Source: Silvibacterium sp.
Lineage (GTDB): Bacteria > Acidobacteriota > Terriglobia > Terriglobales > Acidobacteriaceae
Assembly: GCA_036273415.1 (NCBI GenBank)
Contig: DASUHR010000001.1
Coordinates: 167,496-231,495, forward strand
Direction: 5' to 3'
DNA: 64,000 bases
The position numbers and the translations under genes were made by a program. This document shows, piece after piece, positions 62,827 through 64,000 of the stretch (its first letter is position 1; each line of letters starts with the position of its first letter). A model generated the notes under the pieces. It saw only the letters and a list, made by a program, of their open reading frames with translations, was not told the origin of the DNA and made no database searches.

Positions 62827-62854
62827 TGGCAACTGAGAACTGGCAACTGAAAAC
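62827..62854. repeat. 2 x 14-bp tandem repeat between the two ATPase genes
   Basis: tggcaactgagaac / tggcaactgaaaac, with a related gcgaactgtgaactga at 62869-62884. Confidence 0.7.
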
Positions 62855-62885
62855 CGGGGATTCCCAATGCGAACTGTGAACTGAC

Positions 62886-63593
62886 ATGATTCAGCTAAAA
62901 AATATCGAGCGAAGCTACAAGACCGGCCCCACCCAGACCTGGGTCCTCCGCCGCATCAATCTTGACATCCGCGAGGGCGAGTTCGTCACCATCATGGGCC
63001 CTTCCGGAGCCGGAAAATCCTCGCTCCTCAACATTCTCGCCCTGCTCGACGACCAGTGGATCGGCGAATACTGGTTCAATGACGAGCCCATCCACAAAAT
63101 GAACCGCAAGCAACGCGCCGATCTCGCCCGCCGCAACATCGGCATGGTCTTCCAGAGCTATCACCTTCTTGACGACCTCACCGTAGCAGAAAACATTGAC
63201 CTGCCGCTCTCCTACAAAAACATGCCCCGTGCCGAGCGCCAGGGACTCGTCGCCGACACCCTCGACCGATTCAATATTGTCGGCAAGAAAGACCTGTACC
63301 CATCGCAACTCTCCGGCGGACAACAGCAGCTCGTCGGTATCGCCCGCGCCGTCATTCACAAGCCTTCTCTGTTGCTCGCCGACGAGCCCACCGGAAACCT
63401 TCATTCCAGCCAGGCCAAAGAGATCATGGAGCTCTTCCGCGAGCTCAACAACGAGGGAACCACCATCGTCCAGGTCACGCACTCTGACGTGAACGCCGGC
63501 TACGGCACTCGCATTATTGAGGTCCGCGACGGCTGGATGACCCACGATTCCGCCCACCCCGAAATGGCGCAGGCCACGCCGGGGCTTATCTAG
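62886..63593 (+). CDS. ABC transporter ATP-binding protein (MacB/LolD-type NBD), copy 2
   Basis: Walker A GPSGAGKSS, signature LSGGQQQLV, Walker B LLLADEPTGNLH, H-loop VTHS. It is clearly diverged from copy 1. Confidence 0.9.
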   Translation: MIQLKNIERSYKTGPTQTWVLRRINLDIREGEFVTIMGPSGAGKSSLLNILALLDDQWIGEYWFNDEPIHKMNRKQRADLARRNIGMVFQSYHLLDDLTVAENIDLPLSYKNMPRAERQGLVADTLDRFNIVGKKDLYPSQLSGGQQQLVGIARAVIHKPSLLLADEPTGNLHSSQAKEIMELFRELNNEGTTIVQVTHSDVNAGYGTRIIEVRDGWMTHDSAHPEMAQATPGLI

Positions 63594-63601
63594 GAGCACG
63601 T

Positions 63602-64000
63602 ATGGATTTTCGCTGGTGTAAGAAGCTGAGCGCTGCCGCCCTCTCCGTTCTCATCGCCCCATGCGGCCTCGCGCAGCAGACGAATCAGCCTCCGAATGCT
63701 CCCACTCAACAATCCGCGCCGCCGCCGCAAACCCCCTCGCAAACCCCGACGCAAACGATAGCCCAGCAGGCCAACGCCGCTCAGCAGGTGCAGCCCGTCA
63801 CCGCCGGACCTCAGCAGCCATTTCACATCCGGCTGCCCCACTCTCGTAACCCGTTCGCCGCTTACCTGGCCAGCACCGTCCCGCCCGTCAATCTCACCAA
63901 TTCACCGCGCCTTCAGAACCTCGAGCGTGACGGCAAGCTCTACATCTCTCTTCAGGATGCCATCGCCCTCGCACTTGAAAACAATCTGGACATCGCTCGG
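63602..64000 (+). CDS. TolC-family outer membrane efflux protein (3' end lies outside the window)
   Basis: My own translation from ATG 63602, with AGGAG 5 nt upstream: a signal peptide, a Gln/Pro-rich linker, then LSLQDAIALALENNLDIAR, a typical OEP N-terminal motif. The frame stays open to the window end. Confidence 0.8.
   Translation, partial: MDFRWCKKLSAAALSVLIAPCGLAQQTNQPPNAPTQQSAPPPQTPSQTPTQTIAQQANAAQQVQPVTAGPQQPFHIRLPHSRNPFAAYLASTVPPVNLTNSPRLQNLERDGKLYISLQDAIALALENNLDIAR

Noticed and set aside
62895-63599. A 234-aa minus-strand ORF.
   Set aside because: It is antisense to the second ABC ATPase, whose Walker A, signature and Walker B motifs are intact.
1-64000. Mobile elements, prophage, tRNA or rRNA genes.
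   Set aside because: I recognised no transposase, integrase or phage-like ORFs, no terminal inverted repeats flanking the low-GC patches, and no tRNA-like cloverleaf or rRNA-like stretches in the intergenic regions I read.

Overview
High-GC chromosomal segment carrying about 57 protein-coding genes. By gene content it most likely comes from an Acidobacteriota (Terriglobia-type) genome; this is an inference from three ADOP-type duplicated FtsX permeases, two of them paired with PadR regulators. I recognised no rRNA, tRNA, CRISPR array, transposase or integrase. Gene order: infB 3' end, M50B-like membrane protein, DUF503, ADOP permease 1, rbfA, nrnA-like DHH phosphoesterase; Tat-signal aldo/keto reductase; ArnT/PMT-like GT-C glycosyltransferase; GNAT; dsbA-like, M24 peptidase and two membrane proteins (minus strand), divergent from a VKOR gene; LacD-type aldolase; large FG-GAP/VCBS protein; small Cys4 protein, tandem-repeat spacer, PadR, ADOP permease 2, TonB-dependent receptor; rph; sigma54 promoter with a histidine kinase, NtrC-type activator and receiver-like protein; frameshifted PCMT-like methyltransferase; queC; TPR protein; moeA and moaC; egtD and egtB; DUF5522-like gene and lhr; GT-C paralogue, SDR epimerase, GT-C paralogue; orphan LytTR regulator divergent from a beta-helix/Ig-like surface protein; ECF sigma, anti-sigma and zinc-ribbon membrane protein; rlmB; M1-like protein with a degenerate zinc motif; LacI, MFS and Tat-GH1 beta-glucosidase; orphan secreted protein; PadR and ADOP permease 3; pirin; then periplasmic adaptor, two different ABC ATPase genes and a TolC-like gene with no permease gene between them. 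The most interesting hypothesis is a split, modular MacB-type efflux system. The three NBD-less duplicated permeases would be served in trans by the permease-less adaptor/2xNBD/TolC locus. Sigma54-type promoter motifs precede one permease, the adaptor operon and an autoregulated kinase/activator operon. Other notable items are a 3 x 44-bp palindrome-bearing tandem repeat in the PadR divergent promoter, a shared GACAANCTA half-site at both PadR genes, a single-base frameshift in the PCMT-like gene, and several small unlisted ORFs and short tandem repeats. All functional calls come from reading the translations and motifs by eye; no database search was run.
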